A model generated the notes under the pieces. The model ran no database searches, was not told where the DNA came from, and saw nothing but the letters and a program-made list of their open reading frames with translations. Shown in pieces: positions 30,404 through 40,245 of a DNA stretch of 64,000 nucleotides. The translations under genes were made by a program, and so were the position numbers. The stretch's first letter is position 1. Every line of letters begins with the position of its first letter. Origin of the DNA: Candidatus Leptofilum gracile (lineage in GTDB: Bacteria > Chloroflexota > Anaerolineae > Promineifilales > Promineifilaceae); the NCBI GenBank assembly GCA_016713825.1, contig JADJOJ010000003.1, forward strand, positions 228,733 through 292,732, read 5' to 3'.

Positions 30404-31855
30404 TCAACTGGTTGACACAATTTGCAAACCAGGTTGGGGAATTTGCAGGGAAAAAGTGCTGCCCTGGTTGAGGCCGGGGGAAACGGCCGTTACCGTCCCC
30501 CCCATCGCCTGCACCAATCGCTTGGCCAGGTAAAGCCCCAGCCCCATTCCCGGCTTTTCTGTGGCGTTGCGGCCCCGGTGAAATAGCTCCCAAATTTGCT
30601 GAAGATCATTGGGAGGAATGCCAATGCCATCATCGTGAACGGAGATGGTTAACTGGCTGTCAGCCAACAAGAGGCTAACGGTGATCGGGTTGGCTTCCGG
30701 GGAATATTTGAGGGCATTGTTGAGGAAAACAAGGGCAGCACGGTGAACAAAATCGTAATCGATGGAAACGGCCGTTTCCAACTGCCCATCGTAAGTGAAA
30801 GAAACATGAGCCGGATCGTTGCACTTTTGCAGCAGCTCCTTTTTTAGGCGCTGCGCTAGCCCGTTAAACGGCAGCATCGCCATGTTCGCCTGAAACCCCT
30901 GCGCGTACGCCTGGTTCACCGATGAGGCATCTTGCAACAGCTCGGTTAGATACGCAATTGAATCATCAATACGCTGGTGAATCGCTTCTTGCTTGGTCGG
31001 ATCGAACTTGTTGGCATAGCGCGTTAGCAGCTCTACCGAGTTGCTAATTACCGTGAGCGGCGTCCGAAATTCGTGCGAAACAGTGGTGATAATTTGTGAC
31101 TTCATCCGGCTCAGCTCAATTTCGCGCTGGTGCGCCTGGCTTAGCTCTTCCAACAGCGCCTGCTCCCGCGCCACCGCCTGTTTAAGCCGGTCCCGTTCTT
31201 GCATGAGCAGGGTTGTTGCCTCTAACTCCCGCTCCCAGGCAATGCCAAAACCATCAAAATAAGTCCAGATGGTGAAAAAAAAGATGCCCATAAAAAATGC
31301 CCAGTCGGTGTACAGAACCAAAATTTTGGGTAACGGTTCAGAGAGTTTAGGGAAGGCGGGGGCAAACTGAATGAGGCCAAGGGTCAGCGCCCAGCTGCTA
31401 AAAAGAAGCGTCACCACGCTAATCAGAAAAGCAAAAAGGCCTCCCTTTTGCCCCAGCAGCAAGGTGGTCATCACCACAAAGGCGAACAAAACGGCCAGCG
31501 TCAGTTCGGTAAACCCTTGCACCAGGCTAGAAAAGAAATAAAGGTAAGCAATGATGACCAGTGCCGTACTGCGGATGCGGTAATCAATGGGCCGCCGAAA
31601 AGCGAGATAGATCACCGCGCCCAACGCCAGATTGCCGGTGAGAATGCCTGCCCAATTTCTATCTTGCCATAACGCCCAGGTGCCCACCGAGACCGAAACC
31701 AATCCAAGGAGGGCGCAAAGGCGCAGCAGCACCGTCACAATGCGCTCCCGAATGGCGCTTAAAATGTGGGCTGTGTTGGTTTGCAGTGAAAATTCCAATT
31801 CAGAGATGAGCAGCAGCTTTTTGATAGCGTGTTGAATTTGGGTCATGAAAGGCAT
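30404..31855 (-). CDS. Polytopic membrane sensor histidine kinase
   Basis: 483 aa from ATG 31855; the ORF-track start at 31876 is TTG. About six TM helices. H-box VSHEFRTPLTVISN. G-boxes DDGIGIP and GMGLGLYL. The start is 1 nt after the upstream TAA. Confidence 0.85.
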   Translation of the reverse strand: MPFMTQIQHAIKKLLLISELEFSLQTNTAHILSAIRERIVTVLLRLCALLGLVSVSVGTWALWQDRNWAGILTGNLALGAVIYLAFRRPIDYRIRSTALVIIAYLYFFSSLVQGFTELTLAVLFAFVVMTTLLLGQKGGLFAFLISVVTLLFSSWALTLGLIQFAPAFPKLSEPLPKILVLYTDWAFFMGIFFFTIWTYFDGFGIAWERELEATTLLMQERDRLKQAVAREQALLEELSQAHQREIELSRMKSQIITTVSHEFRTPLTVISNSVELLTRYANKFDPTKQEAIHQRIDDSIAYLTELLQDASSVNQAYAQGFQANMAMLPFNGLAQRLKKELLQKCNDPAHVSFTYDGQLETAVSIDYDFVHRAALVFLNNALKYSPEANPITVSLLLADSQLTISVHDDGIGIPPNDLQQIWELFHRGRNATEKPGMGLGLYLAKRLVQAMGGTVTAVSPGLNQGSTFSLQIPQPGLQIVSTS

Positions 31856-31856
31856 T

Positions 31857-34118
31857 TTAGGCTCTTTGGTTGGCAAAAAGTCTGACGACGCGCAGCAGCC
31901 ACAACGGCCGTTTCACCCGCCGCCAGCTTTCCCATGCCTGAATTTGGCCCGATTGGGTATCCCCCGCATAGCGCCGCCGCACGTACAGCGCCGTCAGCCG
32001 GGCCAGGTGGGGGTGGATGGGTGCCAGCCAGCGAGCCAGCCGGGGGGAACGGCCGTATCCCGCCAAAAATTGCTCAAACGTCGCCAAAAACTCCTGAGGC
32101 GTCTGGCTGGGTTGGGGCGATTGGCCCAATTGGGTTGCCTGCTGCTGGAAACGGCCGTAACTCCACAAAACCGCATCTGCCCCGGCGGGCAGCTGGCCGC
32201 GCCGCCACAGCCAGTAGACAAAGCCAGCCATTGCTACGCTCAGCAGAATCAGCCAGGGGAACGGCCGTTCCGCTTCCACCTCCGGCACGGGCGGCAGCGT
32301 CAACGATTCTGCCTCGGTTTGGGCAAAATCGGGCGGGGCAAATTCCGGTGGCTGGTTGCTGAGCGGGGTGGGGGCGCTGTGTGGACTGCGAAAAGCGGCC
32401 GTTGGCTCAAACTCCACCCAGCCAAATTCGGCAAAATAAACCTCCGCCCAGGAGTGGCCGTTGATTTGGTACACCGTTTGTACGCCGCTGTCGTCTGGCG
32501 GCTGAGGCAGGTAGCCCACCGCCAGCCGGGCGGGCAGCCCCACCGCGCGGGCCAGCACCACCATCGCCGAGGCGTAAAAATCGCAGTAGCCCGCCTGCTG
32601 CTCAAACAAAAAATAATCCACCGGATCGGCGCTGCGCGGCGGGCTGTCTACCTCCAGCGAGTAGGGGTACTGCCGCAAAAATTGCTCGATGGCCCGCGCC
32701 TGGTCGTACGGATTGGCCTGGTCGCCCGCAATTTCCTGCGCCAAATCGCGCACCCGCTGCGGCACAGAACTGGGCAGGGCGGTGTAGCGGGCCAGAATGG
32801 CGGGCGGAATGTTGGTTACGGCCGTTCCCCGCAACATCTCTGGCGTCGCCTGCGAAACCTGGGTCAGCGCGGTGTAAAGCGGCTCCTCGCTGTTCACCCG
32901 CACCAAATCGGTTTGGCCGCGCCAGACGGCCCGGCTGGGCTGGCTGAACTGCACCGGCAAGCCCAGCGTGTAGCGCGTTAGCCGCTCATCCAGCCGCCAC
33001 TGCACCGTTTGCAAGACGCTGGCGGTGGCTTGCACAGTCGGCAGGGCAAGGGGCAGATTGGCCGCCAGCGGCTCGGTGCGCTCCTCAGACAGCGCCCAGC
33101 CGCGCCCGGTGTAGACGTCGTAGCTCATGCCTCGCCAATGCACCCCGGCCAGATTGGCGTCGGTTTGCACAACGGCCGTCATCACCACTGTTTCGTACAG
33201 CTCTGGGGCGTTTTCCAGCAAAAAGCTGCGGGGCAAAATGCCGCTGCCGCCCACGCCGTCGGCCCCGCGTGGCTGGCCGCCGCGCCCGTCCACGCCGCCA
33301 AAGGCGCGTTCCAGCGCGGCTTCTGCCTGCTGCACGGCGGGCTGCGCCTGAAAGCGCTGCACAATGGCCCGAATGCTGAAGCTGGGCAGCAGCAGGGCCA
33401 GCGCCAGCAGCACGGCGGCAATGCCCACAGCGTGCAAAACCAGGTCCAGCCGCACTTCATCGGAGTAATCGACCTGGTTGGCTTCCCACTCATCGGCCAG
33501 GGCGGTGAAATGCATGAGGGCGGTGAGAACGGCCGTTAACCCCACAAACAGCCCCAGCCACCAAATCTGCCCGCCGCCAAAGTAGCCGTTGAGCGCCAGC
33601 GCCAGACCCAGCGCCAGCAGCCCGGCAAACGGGCGATGATGGCGAAACAGCTGCCAGCTGGCATACGCGGTGAGGCAATAGCCCAGCAGCGCCAGCCCCA
33701 GGGCAAAAATAATCGTTTCCTGGCTGGTTTGGTTGCTGAAGACGGCCGTTCCCCAACTGGCAACCCGGTCTAAAAAGAGCGCCCCGTTTTGCAGCCAAAA
33801 CGGCCGCAGGGTGGCCCAACCGCCGCCCAGCGCTGCCCAGGTCGGCCACAAATTGGCCGTACCCACGATGGCAATCAACGCCCCGTAAGCAGTGATCAAA
33901 AGCCAGGCGGGCAGGGTGGGCAACGGCCGTTTGGCCAGCACGCTCCCCAGCAGCAGCCCGCCCAGCGCGGCGGGAATCACCACCCCATCCTCCGGCACCC
34001 AGGCGATTTCTAGAACGGCCGTAATCACGCAAGCCACAATCGCCAGCAGCAGCAGCAGCGGCAGCCATCCCTCACGCGGCTTTACCCGCCGGATTGCCCA
34101 ATTCAATGCGTATGTCAC
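31857..34118 (-). CDS. Transglutaminase-like membrane protein (TgpA-like)
   Basis: 753 aa, GTG start. N-terminal multi-TM region. Transglutaminase core GYCDFYASAMVVLARAVGLPARLAVGY ... HSWAEVY. A C-terminal TM and tail follow. Confidence 0.8.
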   Translation of the reverse strand: MTYALNWAIRRVKPREGWLPLLLLLAIVACVITAVLEIAWVPEDGVVIPAALGGLLLGSVLAKRPLPTLPAWLLITAYGALIAIVGTANLWPTWAALGGGWATLRPFWLQNGALFLDRVASWGTAVFSNQTSQETIIFALGLALLGYCLTAYASWQLFRHHRPFAGLLALGLALALNGYFGGGQIWWLGLFVGLTAVLTALMHFTALADEWEANQVDYSDEVRLDLVLHAVGIAAVLLALALLLPSFSIRAIVQRFQAQPAVQQAEAALERAFGGVDGRGGQPRGADGVGGSGILPRSFLLENAPELYETVVMTAVVQTDANLAGVHWRGMSYDVYTGRGWALSEERTEPLAANLPLALPTVQATASVLQTVQWRLDERLTRYTLGLPVQFSQPSRAVWRGQTDLVRVNSEEPLYTALTQVSQATPEMLRGTAVTNIPPAILARYTALPSSVPQRVRDLAQEIAGDQANPYDQARAIEQFLRQYPYSLEVDSPPRSADPVDYFLFEQQAGYCDFYASAMVVLARAVGLPARLAVGYLPQPPDDSGVQTVYQINGHSWAEVYFAEFGWVEFEPTAAFRSPHSAPTPLSNQPPEFAPPDFAQTEAESLTLPPVPEVEAERPFPWLILLSVAMAGFVYWLWRRGQLPAGADAVLWSYGRFQQQATQLGQSPQPSQTPQEFLATFEQFLAGYGRSPRLARWLAPIHPHLARLTALYVRRRYAGDTQSGQIQAWESWRRVKRPLWLLRVVRLFANQRA

Positions 34119-34169
34119 AATGCGTCCAAATAGCCAGGGGGGCTTTAGCCCCAGCTTTAGCCCCAGGGA

Positions 34170-35357
34170 TTAAATGATTTTTTGTTTGTTTTCAAACACG
34201 GGCGCGTTTTCCAAAATGCGGCGCGGCGAAAAGATGGAGAGGTCGAGCGTGGGCGGCAGGCCCAAAATGCACTCGGCCAGGTAGCGCCCCACGGCGTGGC
34301 ACTGCTGAAAGCCGTGCCCCGAGAAGCCATTCACCAGATAAAATCCGCGCAGCCCCGGCCATTCGCCCAAAATGGCGTTGCCGTCGAAACTGTTGACGGC
34401 GTAGATGCCCGCCCAGCCATCCACGAGGCGCAGCGAGTCGAAAGCGGGCAGGAACTCGGCCAGCTCTGGCCAGATGCGCTCCTCGAATTTGTAGCGCTGC
34501 CAGCTGAAATCGGTGGTGGTGATGGGGTCGTCGGGGTAGGAGTGGGCGGTCATGAAGGTGCCGTGCCCTTCGTGGATGAGGTAGGTGCCGGAGGGGAGCA
34601 GCAGCAGGGGGAGGATTGTGTGGGGTTGAACGGCCGTTTCCACAATGTACACCTGGCGCATCACTGGTTGCATCGGCAGCTCTACGCCGCAGGTGCGGGC
34701 GATTTTTGTGCCCCAGCCGCCCGCACTGTTCACCACCACGCCCGCGCTGAGCAGCTCCCCATTTTTGAGCTGGACGCCGGTAACCTGGTTGGATTGGTGA
34801 AGAACGGCCGTAACCTCCGCCTCGATCAGATCTGCCCCCAGCGACACCGCCTTCTTTTTGTACGCTTCTAGCACCGCCTGGGGCAGCATGGTGCCATCTG
34901 TGCGGCCAAACGTTGCCCCCACAAACAGCCCATCCTCGGTGTTGAGCAGTGGGTAGACTGCTTTTGCCTCTTCCGGCGTCAGCCAGGCCACCTCGCCGCC
35001 CAGGCTTTGCTGCAACGCCAGCCCCGCCTCCACCTCGGCGCGGCCCGCCTCGTCGGTGAGGAACAAATTGCCCTGCTGCCGGAACCCAATTTCCGGCTTC
35101 TGGCCGTCCACCGCCATCTCCTCGGCAAAGGTTTTGAGCACCTCCAGGGCGTACAGCGACATCTGGATGTTTTCCTTGACGTTGAACTGCACCCGGCTGT
35201 TGCCATCGGACAAAACGGTGGAGGAGAATTCGTAGCTCAAATCTTTCTCGATGAGGGCGATTTTGAGCTGGCTATCGCGGCGCAGCAGGTTGGTGGCAAT
35301 GGCGCAGCCCATCACCCCCGCGCCCACAAAGATGACATCATACGATTGGTTATTCAC
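34170..35357 (-). CDS. FAD-dependent oxidoreductase (DAO family)
   Basis: 395 aa, GTG start. Dinucleotide-binding motif YDVIFVGAGVMGCAIA. DAO-like C-terminal GFSGHGF. Confidence 0.8.
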   Translation of the reverse strand: MNNQSYDVIFVGAGVMGCAIATNLLRRDSQLKIALIEKDLSYEFSSTVLSDGNSRVQFNVKENIQMSLYALEVLKTFAEEMAVDGQKPEIGFRQQGNLFLTDEAGRAEVEAGLALQQSLGGEVAWLTPEEAKAVYPLLNTEDGLFVGATFGRTDGTMLPQAVLEAYKKKAVSLGADLIEAEVTAVLHQSNQVTGVQLKNGELLSAGVVVNSAGGWGTKIARTCGVELPMQPVMRQVYIVETAVQPHTILPLLLLPSGTYLIHEGHGTFMTAHSYPDDPITTTDFSWQRYKFEERIWPELAEFLPAFDSLRLVDGWAGIYAVNSFDGNAILGEWPGLRGFYLVNGFSGHGFQQCHAVGRYLAECILGLPPTLDLSIFSPRRILENAPVFENKQKII

Positions 35358-35576
35358 GGCAGAAATCCTTTTAAAAATCTGCTTCCAAATGGCCGCAGTT
35401 TGGGGCGTCGCCTCGGCGCTTCGCGCCTGGCGACGCTAGTGTGAGGTGGGTTTATTCAGTTTTTGGGTGGTGGAACCCACCTGAAAACTGAATAAACCTT
35501 AAAATCCCCCCGCACGAGGGCGCTTCGTGCCTCGTGCGGGCATAAGTGCGTTTTTATCTGAAGGCTTACGACTCCC

Positions 35577-37445
35577 CTAAATCTTGATGGCATAGGGTAG
35601 CAGAAAGAGTGGTTTGTTGTTGAACGCTTCCAGGTGGTCTGGGGCCAGCAGCTTGCCTACCGTTTCGGCAATCTCAAACGGCTGGGGGGTGAGGTAGCGC
35701 GTGTTTTTGGCGAACAGGTTCACCACGGGGATGTCGTGGCTGGCGGGGTCGGGCAGGTTGGCCAGCTCGGCCAGTTTGTGTATGGCGTCGATGAAGTCGC
35801 CGTGGCTGTCTACCAGCTTGTGGCCCAGGGCTTGACGTCCGGTCCAAACACGGCCGTTGCAAATCGCATCCAGCTCGTCGTAGGGCAAATCGCGCCCGGT
35901 GGCCACCACCTGCTTAAACTGCTCATAGCTCTCCACAATGGCGTTGTGAAACGCTTCCCGCTCCTCATCCGACAGGGGGGCCATGCCGCTGAACAGGTTG
36001 GCCCGGCTGCCGCGATCCAGCCCCACGCGGTTGATGCCGATCTTGTTGTACAGCGCTTGTGTTTGCAGCCGCAGGGCAAACACGCCAATTGAGCCAGTAA
36101 TGGTGAGCGCCTGGCTCATGATATGTTTGGCGTAGGCGCTGACGTAATAGCCGCCAGAAGCGGCCGTATTGCCCATGTACACCAGCACCGGTTTTTTCTG
36201 GCTCAGCCGCTGAATCTCCCGGCCAATCAGGTCAGAGGCCAGGGCGGAGCCGCCGGGGGAATCTACGTGGAAGATGAGCCCGGCCATGTTGTCTAGCTGT
36301 TCGGCGCGGCGCAGCAGGTAGACCAGCGTTTGCTCGCCTGCCGTGGCCCCGCCAATCAGCGGAATGGGCAGGTCGATGGGCGGGTTTTGGCTGCTGCCCA
36401 TCGAGATGGAGCCTTCCAAACTCACAACGCCGATAAATTTGCGGCTGCGCCGCCGCGATTTTTCGTTGAGCAACGGGAAGGCTTTATCCCAGTCCAGGAG
36501 TTTCGCTTTTGGTTTTTCCGGGTTATTGGCTGGCTGGGCGTCGTCTTGAGGGGATTCGGCCGTTTCGGCTGCTTCTTTTTCGCTTTTTTCTATTTCCTCG
36601 TCAGCCTCTTCGGCTTCTTCACGTACTGCCAGCAAGGTTTCTAGCTCGTCCTGGTAAGCCACGTCATCTACCAGCCCGGCGGCCAGCGCCGCTTCGGCCG
36701 ACAGGGGTACCTGGTTCATGAGGTCCTGGATTTGGCTTTGGGTCATGGAACGGCCGTCGGCAAAAGCGGCCGTAATCTGGTCGTACAAATCATCCAGCAG
36801 CCAGGTCATCTGCTCCTGCTGCTCTGGCGTGATGCCATCTTTAATGAAGGTATTGGGCGCAGATTTGTAGGGCGAAATTTGCACCGCCTCGACGTCGATG
36901 CCCACTTTTTCCAGGGCAGGCTTCAAAAAAGTGACTTCCGAATGCAGGCCAAACGCTTCAAACGAGGCGGAGGGGGGCACGATGATGCGGTCGGCGGCGG
37001 TGGCCAGGTAGTAGTGGCGCAAATCCAGGTACGGCGTGTACAACACCACCGTCTTGCCGGCCTCTTTTAGGCGCATCAGCGAGCGCCGTAAATTTTGAAT
37101 GGTGGCAGAACCGCTGCCAATGCCATTACAGATGATGAGCACGCCGCGCACATTATCGGCGTCGGCGATGTAGGCCAGCCATTCGTTGATCTGCTCGATG
37201 CTGAGGTTGGGGGCGGGCAGGGGGAGCTGCCGCTCGATGAAGCTGCGCGGCGGTTCGGCCCGTTCAGGCAAAGTGCCGCCCAACTCCAGGACGACGTAAT
37301 CGATTTGGGCGTGCCGGATTTTCCGCCAACCGTTGCGCAGGGAAACGGCCGTTTGCCGCCACGCATTGCCCAAATCTTGCCAAACCTGCTTCAGTTCATT
37401 GCCCAGCTCAGTTAAAAAATCGTTGTTTTGCTCAGAATCAGTCAT
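35577..37445 (-). CDS. sppA: Signal peptide peptidase SppA, 67K type (two S49 domains)
   Basis: 622 aa from ATG 37445. Duplicated ClpP/crotonase-like S49 folds. Serine motif MGNTAASGGYY. Confidence 0.85.
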   Translation of the reverse strand: MTDSEQNNDFLTELGNELKQVWQDLGNAWRQTAVSLRNGWRKIRHAQIDYVVLELGGTLPERAEPPRSFIERQLPLPAPNLSIEQINEWLAYIADADNVRGVLIICNGIGSGSATIQNLRRSLMRLKEAGKTVVLYTPYLDLRHYYLATAADRIIVPPSASFEAFGLHSEVTFLKPALEKVGIDVEAVQISPYKSAPNTFIKDGITPEQQEQMTWLLDDLYDQITAAFADGRSMTQSQIQDLMNQVPLSAEAALAAGLVDDVAYQDELETLLAVREEAEEADEEIEKSEKEAAETAESPQDDAQPANNPEKPKAKLLDWDKAFPLLNEKSRRRSRKFIGVVSLEGSISMGSSQNPPIDLPIPLIGGATAGEQTLVYLLRRAEQLDNMAGLIFHVDSPGGSALASDLIGREIQRLSQKKPVLVYMGNTAASGGYYVSAYAKHIMSQALTITGSIGVFALRLQTQALYNKIGINRVGLDRGSRANLFSGMAPLSDEEREAFHNAIVESYEQFKQVVATGRDLPYDELDAICNGRVWTGRQALGHKLVDSHGDFIDAIHKLAELANLPDPASHDIPVVNLFAKNTRYLTPQPFEIAETVGKLLAPDHLEAFNNKPLFLLPYAIKI

Positions 37446-37612
37446 GCACTGCCTCGAAATGTTTACCACAGAGGGTTGTTTGCTTAAACGGTGAGCAAAT
37501 GATAGCGGATAAATGAAGACGGTACAATTTGCCGTGAGCAGACTGGTTAAGGTTTTGTTAACGGGTGGGATTTTGTTGTCAGACGGCCGTTCCCCCTGTA
37601 ACATCCACCCCC

Positions 37613-38374
37613 ATGAATCAAATCAAAAATTACATCACCGATATGGATGGTGTGTTGGTGCGGGGCGATACCCTCATCCCCGGAGCGGCCGAATTTATAG
37701 AGCGGCTGCAAGCCAACCAGACACCCTATCTCGTTTTAACCAACAATCCCAAATACACACCCCGTGACCTTTCCCACCGCCTGGTCACGATGGGTTTAAA
37801 CATCTCCGCCAGCAGCATTTTTACCTCGGCAATGGCCACCGCCCGCTTTTTAGACAGCCAGCGCCCCAACGGCACCGCCTTCGTCATCGGCGAAAGCGGC
37901 CTTACCGAAGCCATCCACCAGGTAGGCTACATCATCACCGACATTAACCCCGATTACGTCGTCTTGGGCGAAACCACCGCCTACAGCTACGATATTTTGA
38001 CCAAAGCGATCCGCCTGATTGAAGCTGGAGCCCGCTTTGTGGCCACCAACCCAGACGCTTCTGGCGCGGAAGAAAACGGCATCGTGCCCGGCTGTGGCGC
38101 GGTGGCTGCCCTCATTGAGAAAGCGACAGGCAAGTCACCTTTCTACGTCGGCAAGCCCAACCCACTCATGATGCGCACCGCCCTCAACTACCTCGGCGTC
38201 CATTCCGAAGAAACCATCATGATTGGCGACCGCATGGACACCGACATCATTGCCGGTGTAGAAAGCGGCATGGACACCATTCTGGTGCTCAGCGGCGTCA
38301 CCAAAGCGGCCGATATCGACAGATTTCCTTACCGGCCCACCTACGTTTTCCCCTCAATTGCCGAAGTTGGCTAA
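37613..38374 (+). CDS. HAD-superfamily subfamily IIA hydrolase (NagD-like)
   Basis: 253 aa from ATG 37613. DMDGVL motif I, LTNN motif II, GKP and GDRMDTDI motifs III/IV. Confidence 0.85.
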   Translation: MNQIKNYITDMDGVLVRGDTLIPGAAEFIERLQANQTPYLVLTNNPKYTPRDLSHRLVTMGLNISASSIFTSAMATARFLDSQRPNGTAFVIGESGLTEAIHQVGYIITDINPDYVVLGETTAYSYDILTKAIRLIEAGARFVATNPDASGAEENGIVPGCGAVAALIEKATGKSPFYVGKPNPLMMRTALNYLGVHSEETIMIGDRMDTDIIAGVESGMDTILVLSGVTKAADIDRFPYRPTYVFPSIAEVG

Positions 38375-38394
38375 ATTCACGGCACGATTCCTTA

Positions 38395-38423
38395 TTGACG
38401 GGCAAAAAGTGGCGTGTTATACT
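38395..38423 (+). promoter_or_regulatory. Sigma-70-type promoter of the tRNA cluster (TTGACG-N17-TATACT)
   Basis: -35 at 38395-38400 and -10 at 38418-38423, with a 17-nt spacer. This is ~35 nt upstream of the tRNA-Ser 5' end. Confidence 0.6.
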
Positions 38424-38457
38424 CCGCGACCGGGTTGAAAAACCCCCTCCACAGCCT

Positions 38458-38544
38458 GGAGGGATGGCAGAGTGGACGATTGCGACGGTCTTGAAAACCG
38501 TAGTAGGCAACAGCTTACCGAGGGTTCGAATCCCTCTCCCTCCG
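38458..38544 (+). tRNA. tRNA-Ser (anticodon UGA)
   Basis: Acceptor GGAGGGA/TCCCTCC, anticodon stem ACGGT/ACCGT, loop CT-TGA-AA, long variable arm, T-loop GAGGGTTCGAATCCCTC. CCA is not encoded. Confidence 0.9.
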
Positions 38545-38597
38545 CCTGAGATTTACCAATTGGTTGTAGGCCTTACCTGGCAGCAAGTTGGCTTTTA

Positions 38598-38686
38598 GGG
38601 GAGGTGCCAGAGTGGTCGATTGGGGCCGCCTGCTAAGCGGTTAACGGTGTAAAAATCGTTCAAGGGTTCGAATCCCTTCCTCCCCG
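38598..38686 (+). tRNA. tRNA-Ser (anticodon GCU)
   Basis: Acceptor GGGGAGG/CCTCCCC, anticodon loop CT-GCT-AA, long variable arm, T-loop AAGGGTTCGAATCCCTT. Confidence 0.9.
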
Positions 38687-38735
38687 CCTTTAAAGCCAAC
38701 GGCCGTTAATCTGACCATTACAATCAATAACCTTT

Positions 38736-38809
38736 GCGCCCTTAGCTCAGTGGATTAGAGCGTCTGGCTACGAACCAGAAGGTCGGGAGTTCGAGTCTCT
38801 CAGGGCGTA
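38736..38809 (+). tRNA. tRNA-Arg (anticodon ACG)
   Basis: GCGCCCT TA GCTCAGTGGATTAGAGC; anticodon stem TCTGG/CCAGA; loop CT-ACG-AA; T-arm GGGAGTTCGAGTCTCTC. The 1-72 pair would be G-U. Confidence 0.8.
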
Positions 38810-38812
38810 CAC

Positions 38813-38846
38813 AAAGACCTCCAGTTTTGGAGGTCTTTTCTTTTTT
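38813..38846 (+). terminator. Rho-independent terminator after the tRNA cluster
   Basis: AAAGACCTCC agtt(tt) GGAGGTCTTT, followed by TCTTTTTT. Confidence 0.75.
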
Positions 38847-38853
38847 AGTTGAA

Positions 38854-40223
38854 TTAGCCGATGAGCAGGGTTGCCTCTGGGTAATGCACCAGCTCTTTTC
38901 GGGACGGGGTTGGAACAGGGCAACCGCAATGGTGAGTGCGCCAAGCCGCCCCAGAACATCATCAGGATAATGATGAAACGGCCGAATAAATTCAGCTCCC
39001 CCGTAATGCCCAGCGAAAGCCCGCAGGTAGCCAAAGCAGACACCACCTCAAACAGCGCATCACTAAAATCTACCTGATGGGTCACCAGGATGAGCCACGT
39101 GGCCACAAACACCAACACCAGGCTAATGCTAAGAACGGCCGCTGCCCGACGAATCGTTTCGTCTGGCACGGTGCGCCGTTTGAAACGCACCACGCTGTGC
39201 CCCCGAACCGAACTCCACAGCGCCAGCCCCAGCACCCCAAAGGTGCCCGTTGTAATGCCACCCCCCAATGACGCCGGGGCACAGCCGATGAACATCAGCG
39301 CCATCACCAACAGGCGGCTTTCTGGTAACAGCTGGTCAAAATCCCGCAGGCCCGGAAATCCGGCCGTACGGGTAGAAACGGATTGAAACCAGGTGTGCAC
39401 CAGCCGTTCGCTCAGAGGCGACCGTTCCAAAACGCCCCCCACCTGAATTTCCGCCAGGAAAAGCCCCAGCCAGCCTACCAACGTTAGCAAAATAACCACC
39501 GATAAGGTGAGTTGGGTATGGGAAGTCAGCTTACGACGTCGGCGCAGCTGGGAGAAATCGACAAAAACAGGGATGCCCAATCCACCAAGGAAAATGAGTG
39601 CGCCCAGAATAAGCAAGGTGCCGTTGTCGCCGGGAATGCCTTGCGGAAATTGCGGCAGGCCAACAAACAGATCAAAGCCCGCATTGCAAAAGGCCGATAC
39701 AGCATGAAAGATGGCGTAAAAAGCTGCCTGATCTGGCGCAACGATGCCGCTGGTGCGCCAATGAAGGTACAGCAGCAAGGCCCCCATTCCTTCAATGACC
39801 AAGATGCCCACCACCACTTGCCGCAATAAGCGCAAGATGGCGGCTGGCTTGTCTAAACCCAATGAAGTTGAGATGGAGCCGATCCAGCAGGGAAATGCGC
39901 CGACCCAAAAGCTGCAATGTTACGGCAACCAGCACCATGTACCCCACCCCACCCAGTTGAATGAGACAGAGCAAGATGATTTGGCCCAAAAACGTAAAAT
40001 CTGTGCTGGTGGTGAGGACGGTGAGCCCAGTGACGGTTGCGCTGGATGTTGCGGTAAAGATAGCTTCGGACCAGGTGATGGGTCTGGTTGTAACGCCGGG
40101 CAGCAGCAGTAGCCCACTGCCCACGCCAATCAGCAGCAACAGCCCCAACACCAGGCGCAGGGTAACCGGTATCGGTTTGCGGCGCTGTGGCTTTTGCGGG
40201 TTGACTGAATTTTGGCCAGCCAT
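38854..40223 (-). pseudogene. ktrB: KtrB/TrkH-family K+ transporter membrane subunit, interrupted by three single-nt frame shifts
   Basis: The ORF 39792-40223 (...FTATSSATVTGL...LIQLGGVGYM...LGRRISLLDRL) continues in a different frame in ORF 38768-39862. Near the 3' end the KtrB-like text MMF|LGRLGALTIAVALFQPRP|RKELVHYPEATLLIG* needs two more shifts (~38953 and ~38900-38909), giving a stop at 38854-38856. The uncorrected ORF runs into tRNA-Arg. Confidence 0.8.
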
Positions 40224-40245
40224 TTTTGGGTAGATGGTTGGGGGC

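Noticed and set aside
35449-35550. Calling the two hairpins after sppA canonical rho-independent terminators.
   Set aside because: The stems are strong, but neither is followed by a T-run on the minus strand (the sppA sense strand). They are left as structural repeats only.
38768-38853. The 3' extension of the 364-aa ORF overlapping the terminator and tRNA-Arg.
   Set aside because: A KtrB-like C-terminus (…YPEATLLIG*) is found in another frame and ends at 38854. The extension results from upstream frame shifts.
38458-40223. A genomic island or integrated element next to the tRNA cluster.
   Set aside because: There is no integrase, no direct repeat of a tRNA 3' end and no phage or transposase genes. 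The neighbours are ordinary housekeeping genes (HAD hydrolase, ktrAB).
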